Assembly (NCBI GenBank): GCA_951406725.2
Contig: OX597839.1
Coordinates: forward strand, 32,612,001-32,676,000
Direction of reading: 5' to 3'
Origin: Octopus vulgaris
Lineage: Eukaryota
DNA length: 64,000 bases
In this document: positions 1 through 14,345 of the stretch, one piece after another
Layout of the letters: the number at the start of each line of letters is the position of its first letter
How positions within the stretch are numbered: the stretch's first letter is position 1
Notes under the pieces: generated by a model
Databases searched by the model: none
The model's input: the letters and a program-made list of their open reading frames with translations, nothing else
Told to the model about the DNA's origin: nothing
Made by a program: the position numbers and the translations under genes

Positions 1-439
1 TCGAATTATTGTATCATCATCACCAGCATTTAACATCCACTTTCCATGCTGGCATGGGTTGGACAGTTTGACAGGAGATGGCCATGCAGAAGACGACCCT
101 AAGCTTCTGTGTCTGTTTTGGCAAGGTTTTTACAGCTGGACGCCCTTCCAAATGCCAACCACTTTACAGAGTTGAGTTGGATGCTGTTCACATGGCACCA
201 GCACTGGCAGACATTGAAAATTAGAGAAAAGATTACATCATCATCGTTTAACGTCCGTTTTCCGTGCTAGCATGGGTTGGATGGTTCAACCGGGGTCTGG
301 GAAGCCAGGAGGCTGCACCAGGCTCCAGTCTGATCTGGCAGAGTTTCTACAGCTGGATGCCCTTCCTAACGCCAACCACTCCCTGAGTGTAGTGGGTGCT
401 TTTTATGTGCCACCGGCACAGGTATCACAACTACAACTG

Positions 440-1540
440 AACTAATTAGGAGGAGAGTTAGCTGAGATAAAACACAGTTTGGTTTTGTGCTAGGAAGCAC
501 CACTACTGAAGCTACCTTCCTCGTTAGTGAGGTCATGACAGGAAAAGTATTTAGTCAGAAGTGAACCACTGTACTTAGCATTTGTCAACACTGAGAATAT
601 CTGACAGGGTCTCTCATTTACTCACCTGGGGGACACTGTAGAAACAAGAGTTAGATGAATGGCTGGTGACTGCCATCTGAGTCACGTACAGAGGTGCTGT
701 CAGTAAGGTGAGAGCTAGCAATGAGTATAGTAACAGCTTTAGTGTGCAGGTATGAGTTCACCAGGGTTCAGTTCTCAGTCTTTTCCTATTTACCAAAGTC
801 TTCCAGGCAATAACAGAAGTTTAAGACCAGTTCCTACGGGGGGGTTTTATATGCTGATGATCATGCTCTTACAGCTGAATCTGTAGAAGAATTAGAAAAG
901 AAATTCCAGGTGTGGAAGCAAGAACTGGAATCAAAGGGCCTCAAAAGGTAACTTAGCAAAGAAAAAGCTCTGGTAAGCAAGAAAACAAACTTAATACCTT
1001 CAACAAAATGCTCCCTGTCTGAATTCCATACAGTATATTCTGTGCAAATTGTGGACACCTGACAGGTAGAGTGGAATCACAGGAAGGGTAACAGAAAACA
1101 GGCTTTGTATGTGGCAGATGTGCAGAAAAAGGGACACGAGATTTCCTCAAATGCCCAGGAGGATCCTTAAAAGGTGGTAGATAGCTTTTGTTACCTAGGT
1201 GACCTAATTAGCAGAGGTTCTGAAAATATAATTAGAATATGAATCAGAGAAAGTTCAAAGAGCTTTTTTTCTCAGAGTGAAGAGCAGAGATTATGAGATT
1301 TGTGTGTGTCAATATACAAGTCTACATGGGAAAGTGCGAAAGAGACGTAGCTAGGATGTTCCGTTGGGCGTGCAGCGTAATGTCAGTGTGCAAGCAGGAC
1401 AAAGCGAAAATGTGTTAAGGGGAAAACTGGGCATAAGAGGGAATCAAATGCAGGGTACAAAAGAGAAAACAGGTGTGGTCATGTGATGTGTATGAATGAG
1501 GGTAGGGGCATAAAGAAATGCAGATTGCTAAATGTGAACA
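440..1540 (+). mobile_element. Decayed RTE-clade LINE reverse transcriptase fragment
   Basis: Broken frames give QFGFVLGSTTTEATFLV, EPLYLAFV and LYADDHALTAESVEELEKKFQVWKQELESKGL (YADD at about 848-859). Multiple stops and frameshifts. Confidence 0.85.
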
Positions 1541-1556
1541 GAACAGGTACAAATTA

Positions 1557-1790
1557 AAGGCGGCGAACTGGCAGAAATATTAGCATGCTGGGCGAAATGC
1601 TTAGCGGTATTTCGTCTGCCGCTACGTTCTGAGTTCAAATTCCGCCGAGGTCAACTTTGCCTTTCATCCTTTCGGTGTCGATAAATTAAGTACCAGTTAT
1701 GCACAGGGGTCGATATAATCGACTTAATCCGTTTGTCTGTCCTTGTTTGTCCCCTCTGTGTTTAGACCCCTGTGGGTAGTAAAGAAATAG
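1557..1790 (+). mobile_element. tRNA-derived SINE (family B), full-length monomer with 16-bp TSD
   Basis: B-box-like GAGTTCAAATTCC. TSD GAACAGGTACAAATTA at 1541-1556 and 1791-1806. Confidence 0.9.
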
Positions 1791-1844
1791 GAACAGGTAC
1801 AAATTATTGTACCAAGTCATGAAAGTTATAGAAAAGAACATAGC

Positions 1845-1985
1845 TCCAACTAATTAGGAAAAGATTTAGCCAAGATAAAATGCAGTTTGGTTCTTTGCCA
1901 GAGAGAAGCACTACCGATTCTATCTTGGTAAAGCAACAGCAGGAAAAGACACAGGAGGAAGTAATGAAAATTGACCTTAGGATGT
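1845..1985 (+). mobile_element. Second small RTE RT fragment
   Basis: LIRKRFSQDKMQFGSLPERSTTDSILVKQQQEK matches the RTE QFGF..GRSTTDAI...Q.QEK motif. Confidence 0.65.
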
Positions 1986-2720
1986 TAAGCTTTACAGAGG
2001 ACATTTCAAAGAATCGAGATGGCTGGCAATTTGCTGTGTTCGAGGAAACCTCTCAGCAAAAATGGGACCCTAAAAGCTTATCTTTTATATCTATGCTCCT
2101 ACACCCAATCTGTTCTTGTTGAGTTTCTAGTCCCCAACTGGTCCTTTCTAACAACCATGCCTCCTTCACTTTTCTCACTATGGCCCTATTCACCCAGCTG
2201 TGGTAATTATACAAGAACAAAGCCGCCCCCTTTTTGTGCTACCAGTAACCCTTCTCCCTACAACCACTTCCTTTTCTACTCACATTCTCAATATCATCTC
2301 TTACCACCATGTTTTCCACTAAACACCCCATTCACCCCTCTTTTCCTTTTATTCTTCCAACAACAACAACACCAACTCCTACTCACTTTGTTCATCCCTA
2401 TTTCCACCCCTAAGTACCTTTCTAACACCCAACCCTCCATCACTCTCCTGACTATGGCACTAGGCATTCAGTTGCTGCAACCATACAATAGCAGAGATGC
2501 CCATCTTTTATCTCCCCCCTTTGTGTTAGCTTTGTCCATCACTATTTCCACCCCCTATGTACTTTCAACCTCATCTATGGCACTGCGCATATTTCTTGCA
2601 CCCCTTCATATCATCTGTACGGCCACCTATCACCTCCTAAACCCACTCCAATTATTCCTGCCCCCACCAAAGAAAAAAAAAACCTAATGCTCTCCATGTT
2701 TTACACTTCCATCAGTTTCT

Positions 2721-3680
2721 TATTTCTTTACTACCCACCAGGGGGCTACACACAGAAGGGACAAACAAGGACAGACAAACGGATTAAGTCGATTATATCG
2801 ACCCCAGTGCATAACTGGTACTTATTTAATCGACTCCGAAAGGGTGAAAGGCAAAGTCGACCTCGACGGAATTTGAACTCAGAACGTAACGGCAGACGAA
2901 ATACCTATTTCTTTACTACCCACAAGGGGCTAAACACAGAAGGGACAAACAAGGACAGACAAAGGGATTAAGTCGATTACATTGACCCAGTGCGTAACGT
3001 ACTTATTTAATCGACCCCGAAAGGATGAAAGGCAAAGTCAACCTCGGCGGAATTTGAACTCAGAACGTAACGGCAGACGAAATACCTATTTCTTTACTAC
3101 CCACAAGGGGCTAAACACAGAAGGGACAAACAAGGACAGACATTGGTATTAAGTCGATTACATCGACCCCAGTGCGTAACTGGTACTTAATTTATCGACA
3201 CCGAAAGGATGAAAGGCAAAGTCGACCTCGACGGAATTTGAACTCAGAACCTAACGGCAGACGAAATACCTATTTCTTTACTACCCACAAGGGGCTAAAC
3301 ACAGAAGGGACAAACAAGGACAGACAAAGGGATTAAGTCGATTACATCGACCCAGTGCGTAACGTACTTATTTAATCGACCCCGAAAGGATGAAAGGCAA
3401 AGTCAACCTCGGCGGAATTTGAACTCAGAACGTAACGGCAGACGAAATACCTATTTCTTTACTACCCACAAGGGGCTAAACACAGAAGGGACAAACAAGG
3501 ACAGACATAGGTATTAAGTCGATTACATCGACCCCAATGCGTAACTGGTACTTAATTTATCGACCCCGAAAAGATGAAAGGTAAAGTCGACCTCGGCGGA
3601 ATTTGAACTCAGAATGTAAAGTCAGACGAAATAACGCTAAGCATTTCGCCTGGTGCGCTAACGATTCTGCCAGCTCACCA
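2721..3680 (-). repeat. Head-to-tail array of 5 SINE family B units (about 181-185 bp)
   Basis: Units start at about 2721, 2906, 3087, 3271 and 3452. Only the rightmost (5'-most) unit carries the SINE head. Confidence 0.92.
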
Positions 3681-3717
3681 TCAGTTTCTACCATTCACAA
3701 TCTTTACCCATATAAGT

Positions 3718-4045
3718 GAAGGTACATGGCTCAATGGTTAGTGTTGAGCTCACAGTCGTGACGTAGTGAGTTCGATTCCCAGACTGGGCAGTGTGTTGTG
3801 TTCTTGAGCAAGACACTTTATTTCACATTGTTCCAGTTCACTCAGCCATAGAAAAGAGTCGTGTCGTCACTGGTGCCAAGCTGTATTGGCCCCTTTGCCT
3901 CTCCCTTGGATAAATACTGGTGATGTGAAGAAGGGAGGCTGGTATGCAGGGGCACCTGCTGGTCCTTCATAAACAACTTTGCTGAGGGAAACTTTCTAGG
4001 TACAATCGCATTGTCATTTATGACTGAAGGGTGTCTTTACCCTTT
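3718..4045 (+). mobile_element. tRNA-derived SINE (family E)
   Basis: A-box-like TGGCTCAATGG, B-box-like GTTCGATTCC, central TTGAGCAAGACACTTT. Related copy on the - strand at about 29130-29310. Confidence 0.7.
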
Positions 4046-4261
4046 ACCCACCTCTCTATCCTTCTGCCACTCCCCTTTCACACACCCACCTGTACAATCA
4101 TCAATTCCCCTTTTTGGCCCAAGGGGATGTCCTGAGGCCTCATCAACACCACCGTTTTCTCTCTTCATCCAACTGGAGTAACCAGGTATTTTCCCCCACT
4201 GCAAGACACCTGCTTAAAAAAAAAAAAGAAAACCTGGTATAAAACCATCACCATCAATGTA

Positions 4262-4660
4262 GGCGCAGGAGTGGCTGTGTGGTAAGTAGCTTGTTTACTA
4301 ACCACATGGTTCCGGGTTCAATCCCACTGCATGGCACCTTGGGCAAGTGTCTTCTACTATAGCCTTGGGCCGACCAAAGCCCTGTGAGTGGATTTGGTAG
4401 ATGGAAACTGAAAGAAGCCTGTCGTATATATGTATATATATATGAGTGTTTGTGTGTCTGTGTTTGTCCCCCTAGCATTGCTTGACAACTGATGCTGGTG
4501 TGTTTATGTCCCCGTTACTTAGCGGTTCGGCAAAAGAGACCAATAGAATAAGTACTGGGCTTACATAAGAATAAATCCCGGGGTCGAGTTGCTCGATTAA
4601 AGGCGGTGCTCCAGCATGGCCGCAGTCAAATGACTGAAACAAGTAAAAGAGTAAAGAGTA
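4262..4660 (+). mobile_element. tRNA-derived SINE (family A) with internal TA/TG microsatellite
   Basis: Head GGCGCAGGAGTGGCTGTGTGG...GGTTCAATCCC, tail ...ATGACTGAAACAAGTAAAAGAGTA. More than 15 full or partial copies in the window. Confidence 0.9.
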
Positions 4661-5032
4661 ATACTACTTTGCACTCAGTCGAAGAAAAAGAACCCAGTGC
4701 GCTTTGTAAATTGCATGGCATTACGAAGGGCATCCAGTGTCAGATACCAGACATTGGTAGATGTTGCAGTCCTCTGGCTTCACAGGTCCTGTGAAACACT
4801 CCAACCCATGCCAGCACCAGAAAATGGAAGTTAAACAATGATAATATATATATATGCATGAGTGTGGAAATAGGACAGTCACCACATTTCAGTCCACAGC
4901 AGCTACCTCTGATGAGCGCAGGGTTACATAATCAGACGGTTGCCTAGCACTCCATTGAACCCCCTAGTGTAAAACCGATTGGTTAGATCGGTCGTAGTGG
5001 ATATATAATACTGAACACTTCGATTAATATAT

Positions 5033-5073
<41 letters not shown>

Positions 5074-5419
5074 ACATACACACACACACATATATACATA
5101 CACACACATATATATATTCATACACACACATATATATATACATACACACACATATATATATACACACACACATATATATATACACACACACACACATATA
5201 TATATATACACACACATATATATATACACACACACATACACATATATATATACACACACACACATACACATATATATATACACACACACATACACATATA
5301 TATATACACACACATATACACATATATATATACACACACACACATATATATATATACACACACACATCCATATACTAGGAATCAAAATATACATAAATAT
5401 GCACACACAGTAACACATG

Positions 5420-5457
<38 letters not shown>

Positions 5458-5873
5458 TACACATACATTAGCACACCATATATACGTGCGCGTGTTTTTT
5501 TAAAAATTAATGCATACATATGTACCCAAATGAAATTAGTATACAGGTGTATATAATATATATATATATACATACACGCATATACCTAAAAGTGTGTGTT
5601 TTTATGTCTCTCTCGCGCTCTCTTTTATCATTATAAGATGCTAAATAGGAAAACGAATTTTCTATTGATGACAGAGGCACTTTATATTTAATAAACGTGT
5701 GTATAATATTTCCGATACAAAATGTGAGTTCAGGTATATACACGAGTGTTTATATACACTCGTATAAAGAACATACACCGCAACACAATTACAAACTATA
5801 AGAGTAGGAAGTAGAAAAATTTATACACCCAGTGAAATGTATACGCGCGTGAGCGTAATTCGTATATGTTACG

Positions 5874-5914
<41 letters not shown>

Positions 5915-6782
5915 TATACACACACAAGCAGGATACATTTAAATAACCGCAAAGTGCCCCCATATATTATATATACATCCATGCGTTGCACGAACCAACA
6001 TGGTCTGTTGAGAACCGTATGCCGTCAACGGACCGGCTAGACTACTAGAAATAGCACCCAAATCCCATTTTAATTACACATATCGGTGCCCCAGAGAGAA
6101 ATAGAATCCAATAAAATTAAAAAATAAGTGTAAAATGGGTCTTGTGCAGAAAAACAGACAGGATGGTCTCGATTGGATTGTTTTTCATTACAGACCTGCT
6201 CAACCAGAACTGACATCGAGTTAAACAACAATTACTGTAGGTCTGTCTTTTCAGTTAATTATAGAAACCGATTATGCAAACCTATGATCGAAAGCGTTCC
6301 AATCGTGGCGATCCCGCCTTATCTATCGTTAAACTTCCTTAATTAAAAGATATTAAAATGTAATTTGAGGGAAATTTGGTTGTTTTTATTCTCTGAAATA
6401 AAAAAAAGGGTCGAACAAGCACCGTAACACAGAGGATTCTTGACCTGAAGACGATACGAGATCCCTCCAAGGGAATAAACATGTTCCATTCACGTACCCA
6501 CATTAAATCGCCCTACCCCGTTCGCCAGGCAGCCCCAATCATCACTAAGGACTGTTAAATACCAGAACCAAATCATAAATATGCCAATAGCCTGGGTGTT
6601 TTTTTCTCTTTTTACATATGGAGGAAGATCAGGAACAGAACAAGAAGAAAGAAAAAATCTTATACAAGATTTATTTATAGCAAATTATATTTGATAAACT
6701 AATGGGGTACCATACCTATGGTACCCTACACCCATATGAATGTATTATACACCCGGTTAAGAAGTCTAGGCATGTGCTTGTG

Positions 6783-6826
<44 letters not shown>

Positions 6827-6983
6827 CTTCTATATACACAGGTTATATATATATATACACAGCTTCTATATACACAGGTTATATATAAAATGTTTTGAGG
6901 AAACACGCGTAGAATGAATGTCGAAAATGAAGGAATAGAGGCAAAACGTGGTGACTGCAAAGATTTTCGTTTACATGTCTATA

Positions 6984-7020
<37 letters not shown>

Positions 7021-7822
7021 GTATATAGACACACACACACTAAACGCGAGTGTATACGATATATATATATATATACACACTACACAAATATGAGGTCAAA
7101 CGCGCGTAATTGTAGTGTGTGTGTGTATATATGACGAGTGCTCATTTTTTTTTCAATTTACCCGCGATCTTCTATCTAGATGTATATAATCATATATAAA
7201 GTTTGATGTATACCTTCAAATGAGACTTATTATATACACATACATGTAAATAAACACACAAGTATAAAATATATACACATGTGTATATAAGATGTACGTA
7301 CACATATATATATATATATATATATATACGTATATAAATATACTTATATATAAAAGTATATACTCATGCGTGTGTGTATACATGTATATTTAGAAATGTT
7401 TATATACAAATATACATGTATAAGCGATGTGTATATTTCGACAAATTGAATATATTTTTGTAGATTCATACGTCTCTCTGTGTATGTATATATATGATAT
7501 AAATATATATATATACATAAATATCTAATACGTCTGTATATATCTATAAAAAAATGTATAATAGAGGTACAGTGTAGATGCATATTTATATACACGTTTA
7601 TATAGACTCATGTGTGTATATAACTACAGATTTATTTATAGGGCTGCATGTGTATATTTATATATACATACGCATGTATATATATCTATATATTAAGTAT
7701 TGGCGCACTTATACACACATACCTGTATATACTGCCCCATGTTTGTAATATACATTTACATTTATCTATATACATGCGTATATTTATGTTTATATATATA
7801 TATATATATAATGTAAAGGATA

Positions 7823-7877
<55 letters not shown>

Positions 7878-8269
7878 ATCACAACAACAACAACAACCCC
7901 CGAAAATCGATGTCGAATGAAAGAAAAGAAAGCTGAAAAGGAGACGATTTAAAGTGCAAAGGAAGGAACGAAATGTGAATAATTCAAGACGGAGAACAAG
8001 AATGGGTTTATGGTGATCTTACCGAAGCGAAACCTCTACCCTGGATGGTAAAACATCGAAAAAAAATAGAGGATTTTTTTTGAGTGAAGAAGCCAATTTG
8101 GATAATGGCAGTCTGTGTGTGTGTAATCCCGCGCACTTGCTACAACAAACGTGCAGCCTTTAATGACGGCCAGAAGGAAATTTACATACACTTTAAGCTC
8201 TCTCTCTCTCTCTTTCTTTCTGTCTGTCTCTCTCTCTCTCTTTCTGTCTCTCTATTTCTCCTTCTGTTT

Positions 8270-9590
8270 GTGTGTCTGTGTATATATGTATAAAGATGTG
8301 TGTAGATGTGTGTAGATGTGTGTGTGTGTATATATGTATAAAGATGTGTGTGTGTGTCTGTGTATATATGTATAAAGATGTGTGTGTCTGTGTATATATG
8401 TATAAAGATGTGTGTGTATGTGCATATATGTATATAGATGTGTGTGTCTGTGTATATATGTATAAAGATGTGTGTAGATGTGTGTGTCTGTGTATATATG
8501 TATAAAGATGTGTGTGCCTGTGTATATATGTATAAAGATGTGTGTAGATGTGTGTGTCTGTGTATATATGTATAAAGATGTGTGTGTCTGTGTATATATG
8601 TATAAAGATGTGTGTAGATGTGTGTGTCTGTGTATATATGTATAAAAATGTGTGTGTCTGTGTATATATGTATAAAGATGTGTGTGTCTGTGTATATATG
8701 TATAAAGATGTGTGTGTCTGTGTATATATGTATAAAGATGTGTGTGTCTGTGTATATATGTATAAAGATGTGTGTCTGTGTATATATGTATAAAGATGTG
8801 TGTAGATGTGTGTGTCTGTGTATATATGTATAAAAATGTGTGTGTCTGTGTATATATGTATAAAGATGTGTGTAGATGTGTGTGTCTGTGTATATATGTA
8901 TAAAGATGTGTGTGCCTGTGTATATATGTATAAAGATGTGTGTAGATGTGTGTGTCTGTGTATATATGTATAAAGATGTGTGTAGATGTGTGTGTCTGTG
9001 TATATATGTATAAAGATGTGTGTAGATGTGTGTGTCTGTATATATGTATGTAGATGTGTGTGTCTGTGTATATATGTATAAAGATGTGTGTAGATGTGTG
9101 TGTCTGTGTATATATGTATGTAGATGTGTGTGTCTGTGTATATATGTATAAAGATGTGTGTAGATTTGTGTGTCTGTGTATATATGTATAAAGGTGTGTG
9201 TAGATGTGTGTGTGTGTATATATGTATAAAGATGTGTGTGTGTGTATATATGTATAAAGATGTGTGTAGATGTGTATATATGTATAAATATGTGTGTGTG
9301 TCTGTGTATATATGTATAAAGATGTGTGTAGATGTGTATATATGTATAAATATGTGTGTGTGTCTGTGTATATATGTATAAAGGTGTGTGTGTGTGTGTA
9401 TATATGTACAAAGATGTGTGTCTGTGTATATATGTATAAAAATGTGTGTGTTTGTGTATATATGTATAAAGATGTGTGTGTGTCTGTGTATATATGTATA
9501 AAGATGTGTGTAGATGTGTGTGTCTGTGTATATATGTATAAAGATGTGTGTGTCTGTGTATATATGTATAAAGATGTGTGTGCCTGTATA
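8270..9590. repeat. Minisatellite of TGTGTATATATGTATAAAGATGTG-like units (about 30-40 bp)
   Basis: Visible tandem periodicity. It is the source of the spurious 447-496 aa ORFs. Confidence 0.95.
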
Positions 9591-9859
9591 CACACATAAA
9601 CGGGTATGTATGTGTGTGTATGTGCGTGTGATAGTATATATATATATAGCTATGTGTATATTATTGTGTGTGTGTTTATGCAAGTATGCGTATTGTCTAA
9701 TTCTCGTTTTCTTAATGTTTTCTTAAGATTTCTCATTTCGACTTTCATTCATTTTCTTTCTTCCGTTCATTTTTTGTTTTCTTTTTTTTCTGGACTCATT
9801 CTTTTTATTACTTTCAAAACGAGTCACAAACTGGAGGACGGCTGAATATCTGTCTGTTA

Positions 9860-9899
<40 letters not shown>

Positions 9900-10114
9900 G
9901 TCTATCTATCGGTCTATCTATCTAATCTATCTATCTATCTCTCTATCTATCTATCTATCGGTCTATCTATCGGTCTATCTATCTATCTATCTATCTGTCT
10001 ATCTATCTATCTGTCTATTTATCTATCTATCTATCTGTCTATTTATCTATCTATCTATCTATCTATCTGTCTATTTATCTATCTATCTCGCAGATACACA
10101 CATATATACATACA

Positions 10115-10182
<68 letters not shown>

Positions 10183-10608
10183 GTTTTACAAATGGTATAC
10201 AATACGTATACACTCATGTATACATGCTTTCTATGTTTGTGTGTGTGTGTATCTTATACATACTTATGTATAAAAGAACGTGTGTAAGTATATATATAAA
10301 TAAATACATGAAAGTAGAAGAACAAGAACAAGAAGAAGAAGAAGAAGGAGGAGGAGTGGGACCGGTGGGGGGGGGGGGGAATCTCCCGACAGACAGAAAA
10401 GAAAAAAGATGATAATTTAAGCGAAAAGATGGTTGGTCGGATGGAAGAACGGAGAGAACGGAGAGAACGATATCCGAATGGATTGAGAGTTGAATGTATG
10501 CAGGGATGAATAAGATATACTGAGGCACACACACACACACACACATACATACAATATCTATCTATCTCTCTGTCTATCTATCTATCTACCTCTCAATCTA
10601 CCTATCCC

Positions 10609-10647
<39 letters not shown>

Positions 10648-10834
10648 CTCTCTCTCTCTCTCTCTATCTTTCTATCTATCTATCTATCTATCTATCTCTC
10701 TCTCTATCTCTCTATCTCTCTCTCTATCTATCTCTCTCTCTATCTATCTCTCTATCTATCTATCTTTCTATCTCTCTCTCTATCTATCTATCTTTCTATC
10801 TATCTATCTATATTTCTATCTATCTATATTTCTA

Positions 10835-10865
<31 letters not shown>

Positions 10866-10968
10866 TTCTCTATCTTTCTATCTACCTCTCTATCTCTCTA
10901 TCTTTCTATCTCTATCTATCTATCTATCTACCTCTATCTCTCTGTCTGTCTATTTCTCTCTCTCTCTG

Positions 10969-11002
<34 letters not shown>

Positions 11003-11114
11003 GATAGATAGATACACACACACACACACATATATATATACGTACGTACATACACGCACACACACACATGCATACATATATAACGACATTTGGCCAGATG
11101 ACAAATTGATAGAC

Positions 11115-11148
<34 letters not shown>

Positions 11149-11786
11149 TCAGCTCGCTCGATGCATGTGTTCAGACTGACAGATAAATATACCCACCCAC
11201 CCACACACACACAGACAGACACACAGACAGATGCGCGCGCGCGTTCGCGTGTTTAACGAAAATGAAAATAGAAGACGTATTGAGCGAGCTGTTATTGTTT
11301 AACCCCCGGTCAGTCGCAGGACCCTGACAAAAAGCCACCCGGAACCCTTAAAAACAAACGATTATAGAAGTACATACGCGAGTACACTTTATATTTGTGT
11401 CCTTCCTTCCTTCCTTCCTTCCTTTCTTTTCGTAAGACTATAATAGGGTTTGACGTGAAGGCCGTTCGGCTGTTGTTTCCAGCATGTCGTGAAACCTCGT
11501 GCAGTGGCTCGCCGTATTCATACGAATGACATGCGCGCACGCACGTGTAGGGTTCGGTTCCTGCTGATGATTCAGACCCCGTTTTTTTTACCCCTTGTCG
11601 GAAGGTCTTCTTTTTTTTCTTCTCTTTTTCCATTTGATTAAAGATAATTAATCTTTTTGGAGGTTCGTTTCGTTTGCATTAAAAGCTACCATGGAAGATC
11701 ATTTCTTTTGCCAATTCCTCAAATGTTTCAAACTTATCCAAAGACACACACACACACATATCTTTATTTCTCCCCCCTCTCTGTAT

Positions 11787-11825
<39 letters not shown>

Positions 11826-11844
11826 CATATATCTATGTTTGACT

Positions 11845-12225
11845 ATCCATCCATCCAGCTACCTATCTACCTACCTACCTACATATCTACCTACCTACAT
11901 ACATACATACCTACCTACCTACCTATCTACCTACCTACCTACCTACCTACCTACCTACCTACCTACCTACCTACCTACCTACCTATCTATCTACATATCT
12001 ACCTACCGACCTACCTACCTACCTACCCTACCTACCTACCTATCTATCTACCTACCTACCCACCTACCCACCTACCTACCTACCTACCTACCTACCTACC
12101 TACCTACCTACCGACCTACCTACCTACTTACCTTACCTATCTACCTACCTATCTACCTACCTACCTATCTACCTACCTACCCACCTACCTACCTACCTAC
12201 CTACCTACCTACCTACATATCCACC
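11845..12225. repeat. (CTAC)n microsatellite
   Basis: Direct inspection. Confidence 0.95.
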
Positions 12226-12429
12226 TATGTATTGAATGCTCGAAATGAGAAGTAGATAGACAGCCGACAACTGACGAAGGGTCTTTTCTCTCTGTTAACT
12301 TGTCCTGCTTTCCATTGTTTCTAGTTGTTCACATATTTCCCTCGTCTCTTTACATATTTCATGTTATTTGCACTGCTGCTGACCTCCTGTACCAGTATAG
12401 GCATATATATATATATATATATATATATA

Positions 12430-12795
12430 CTAGCAGTATCGCCCGGCGTTTCTCGGGTTTGTAAGGGAAATAACTATAAAGCATTTTTAGAGAGTTATAG
12501 CCAAAAAATGGGAAAAAAATTATGGTAAAATTTTTTTAGTTAAAAAGGTCGAGTTGCGTCCCCTAGACAGTCTGTGGTTTGTGTTTCTGATTCTCGACCC
12601 CATGTCGAATTTATCGATTTTTTTCAGAACTGGGGGAACTTTTCAAAATTTTCGCTGCGTTAGTTTTGAATTATGACATTGGGCTATGTGTGTGTCAAGT
12701 TTCATCAGAATCGGTTGAAAGCCGTGGTCAGGGTGAGGGTACAACCTAACAGACACACAGAAACACACACAGACAAACTGCCGTTTATATATAGA
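12430..12795 (-). mobile_element. Non-autonomous Helitron
   Basis: The - strand begins TC and ends with hairpin CCCGAG-AAACG-CCGGG followed by CTAG|T. Near-identical copy at 63433-63810. Confidence 0.8.
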
Positions 12796-12946
12796 TATAT
12801 ATATATATATATATATATATTATTTATACTATATATTCTATATTCTACATTAATATTATAAAGAATATAAATAAAACATAAAAAACAGACAGAGTTGGAA
12901 TTCCTTTGAATAATATATATCCCTCTATACACAATCATACAAACCC

Positions 12947-13007
<61 letters not shown>

Positions 13008-13323
13008 AATTATTATTTAATTGAACGCGACGAATCCATTTTCAAGTAAGTTTATCTATCTATCTATCTACCCATCCAGCTATGTATGTTTGTATGTATG
13101 TACGTACGTACGTACGTATGTGTGTATGTCTGTGTGTGTGTATGTATGTATGTGTGTACGTAGGTATGTATATATGTATGTAGGTTTGTATGTATGTATG
13201 TATGTAGGTAGGTAGGTATGTAGGTAGGTATGTAAGTAAGTATGTAGGTATGTATGTATATATGTATGTACGTATGTATATCTATCCGCACACACACACA
13301 CACACACACATCCCTCTCTCTTT

Positions 13324-13373
<50 letters not shown>

Positions 13374-13783
13374 ACACCTACGTTTGCAAAGGTACAAACG
13401 CAACTTATAACTTGGTGTTGCCGCTTCTACCGAAACGCTTCGTGCGGTTGACATGTCGCAATCAGCTGTTTACTTCGGCAGAGCATAGCAGAATCCAACG
13501 GGGGAAAAAACAACAACAAAAAAAACAACAAAAAAATCCAATTTACTTATTTCAGACTGCGGCCATGCTGGAGCACCACCTTTAGTCGAACAAATCGACC
13601 CAGGACTTATTCTTTTGTAAGCCTAGTACTTATTCTATCAGTTTCTTTTGCCGAACCTCTAAGTTACAGGGACGTAAACACAGAAACATCAGTTGTCAAG
13701 CGATGGTGGCAGGGGGGAGGGACAAACACAACTGCTACTATTCTTATCTGCTCACGTATATATGTATCTATATATATATATAT

Positions 13784-13962
13784 CAGTGCTTTTCAACCTT
13801 TTTGCTGGAGCGGAACCCCAAGGAAACGTTCCACTGACTTCAGGAACCCCTGTGCAATAATTTAATAGTCTTATGCACACATATCTGCACAGGAGAATTA
13901 AACGTTACTGCCGATACTGGCGGAACCCTAAGGTTCCGCGGAACCCTGGTTGAAAACCACAG
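13784..13962. mobile_element. hAT-type MITE, internally deleted copy
   Basis: TIRs CAGTGCTTTTCAACC ... GGTTGAAAACCACAG. Homologous to 34359-34577. Confidence 0.8.
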
Positions 13963-14004
13963 GTCTACACAAACATGCTTATACACGTGCGCATATCTAC
14001 CTGT

Positions 14005-14124
14005 ATACACACACATACACACATACAAACATACATACACACATACATACATACATACATAGAAACATACATACATACATACATATATACACATACATAC
14101 ATACATACATACACATACATACAT

Positions 14125-14161
<37 letters not shown>

Positions 14162-14236
14162 AATATACATACATACACACACACATACACACACACACAT
14201 ACATACATACACATACATACACACACACACACACAC

Positions 14237-14272
<36 letters not shown>

Positions 14273-14312
14273 ACATACACACACACACATACATACACAT
14301 ACACACATACAT

Positions 14313-14345
<33 letters not shown>

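Noticed and set aside
2019-2687. 222-aa ORF
   Set aside because: Low-complexity C/T-rich sequence with no ATG/splice support or recognisable domain.
8182-9683. 447-496 aa ORFs rich in H/T/Y/I
   Set aside because: Translations of a TG/TA minisatellite that is open in several frames.
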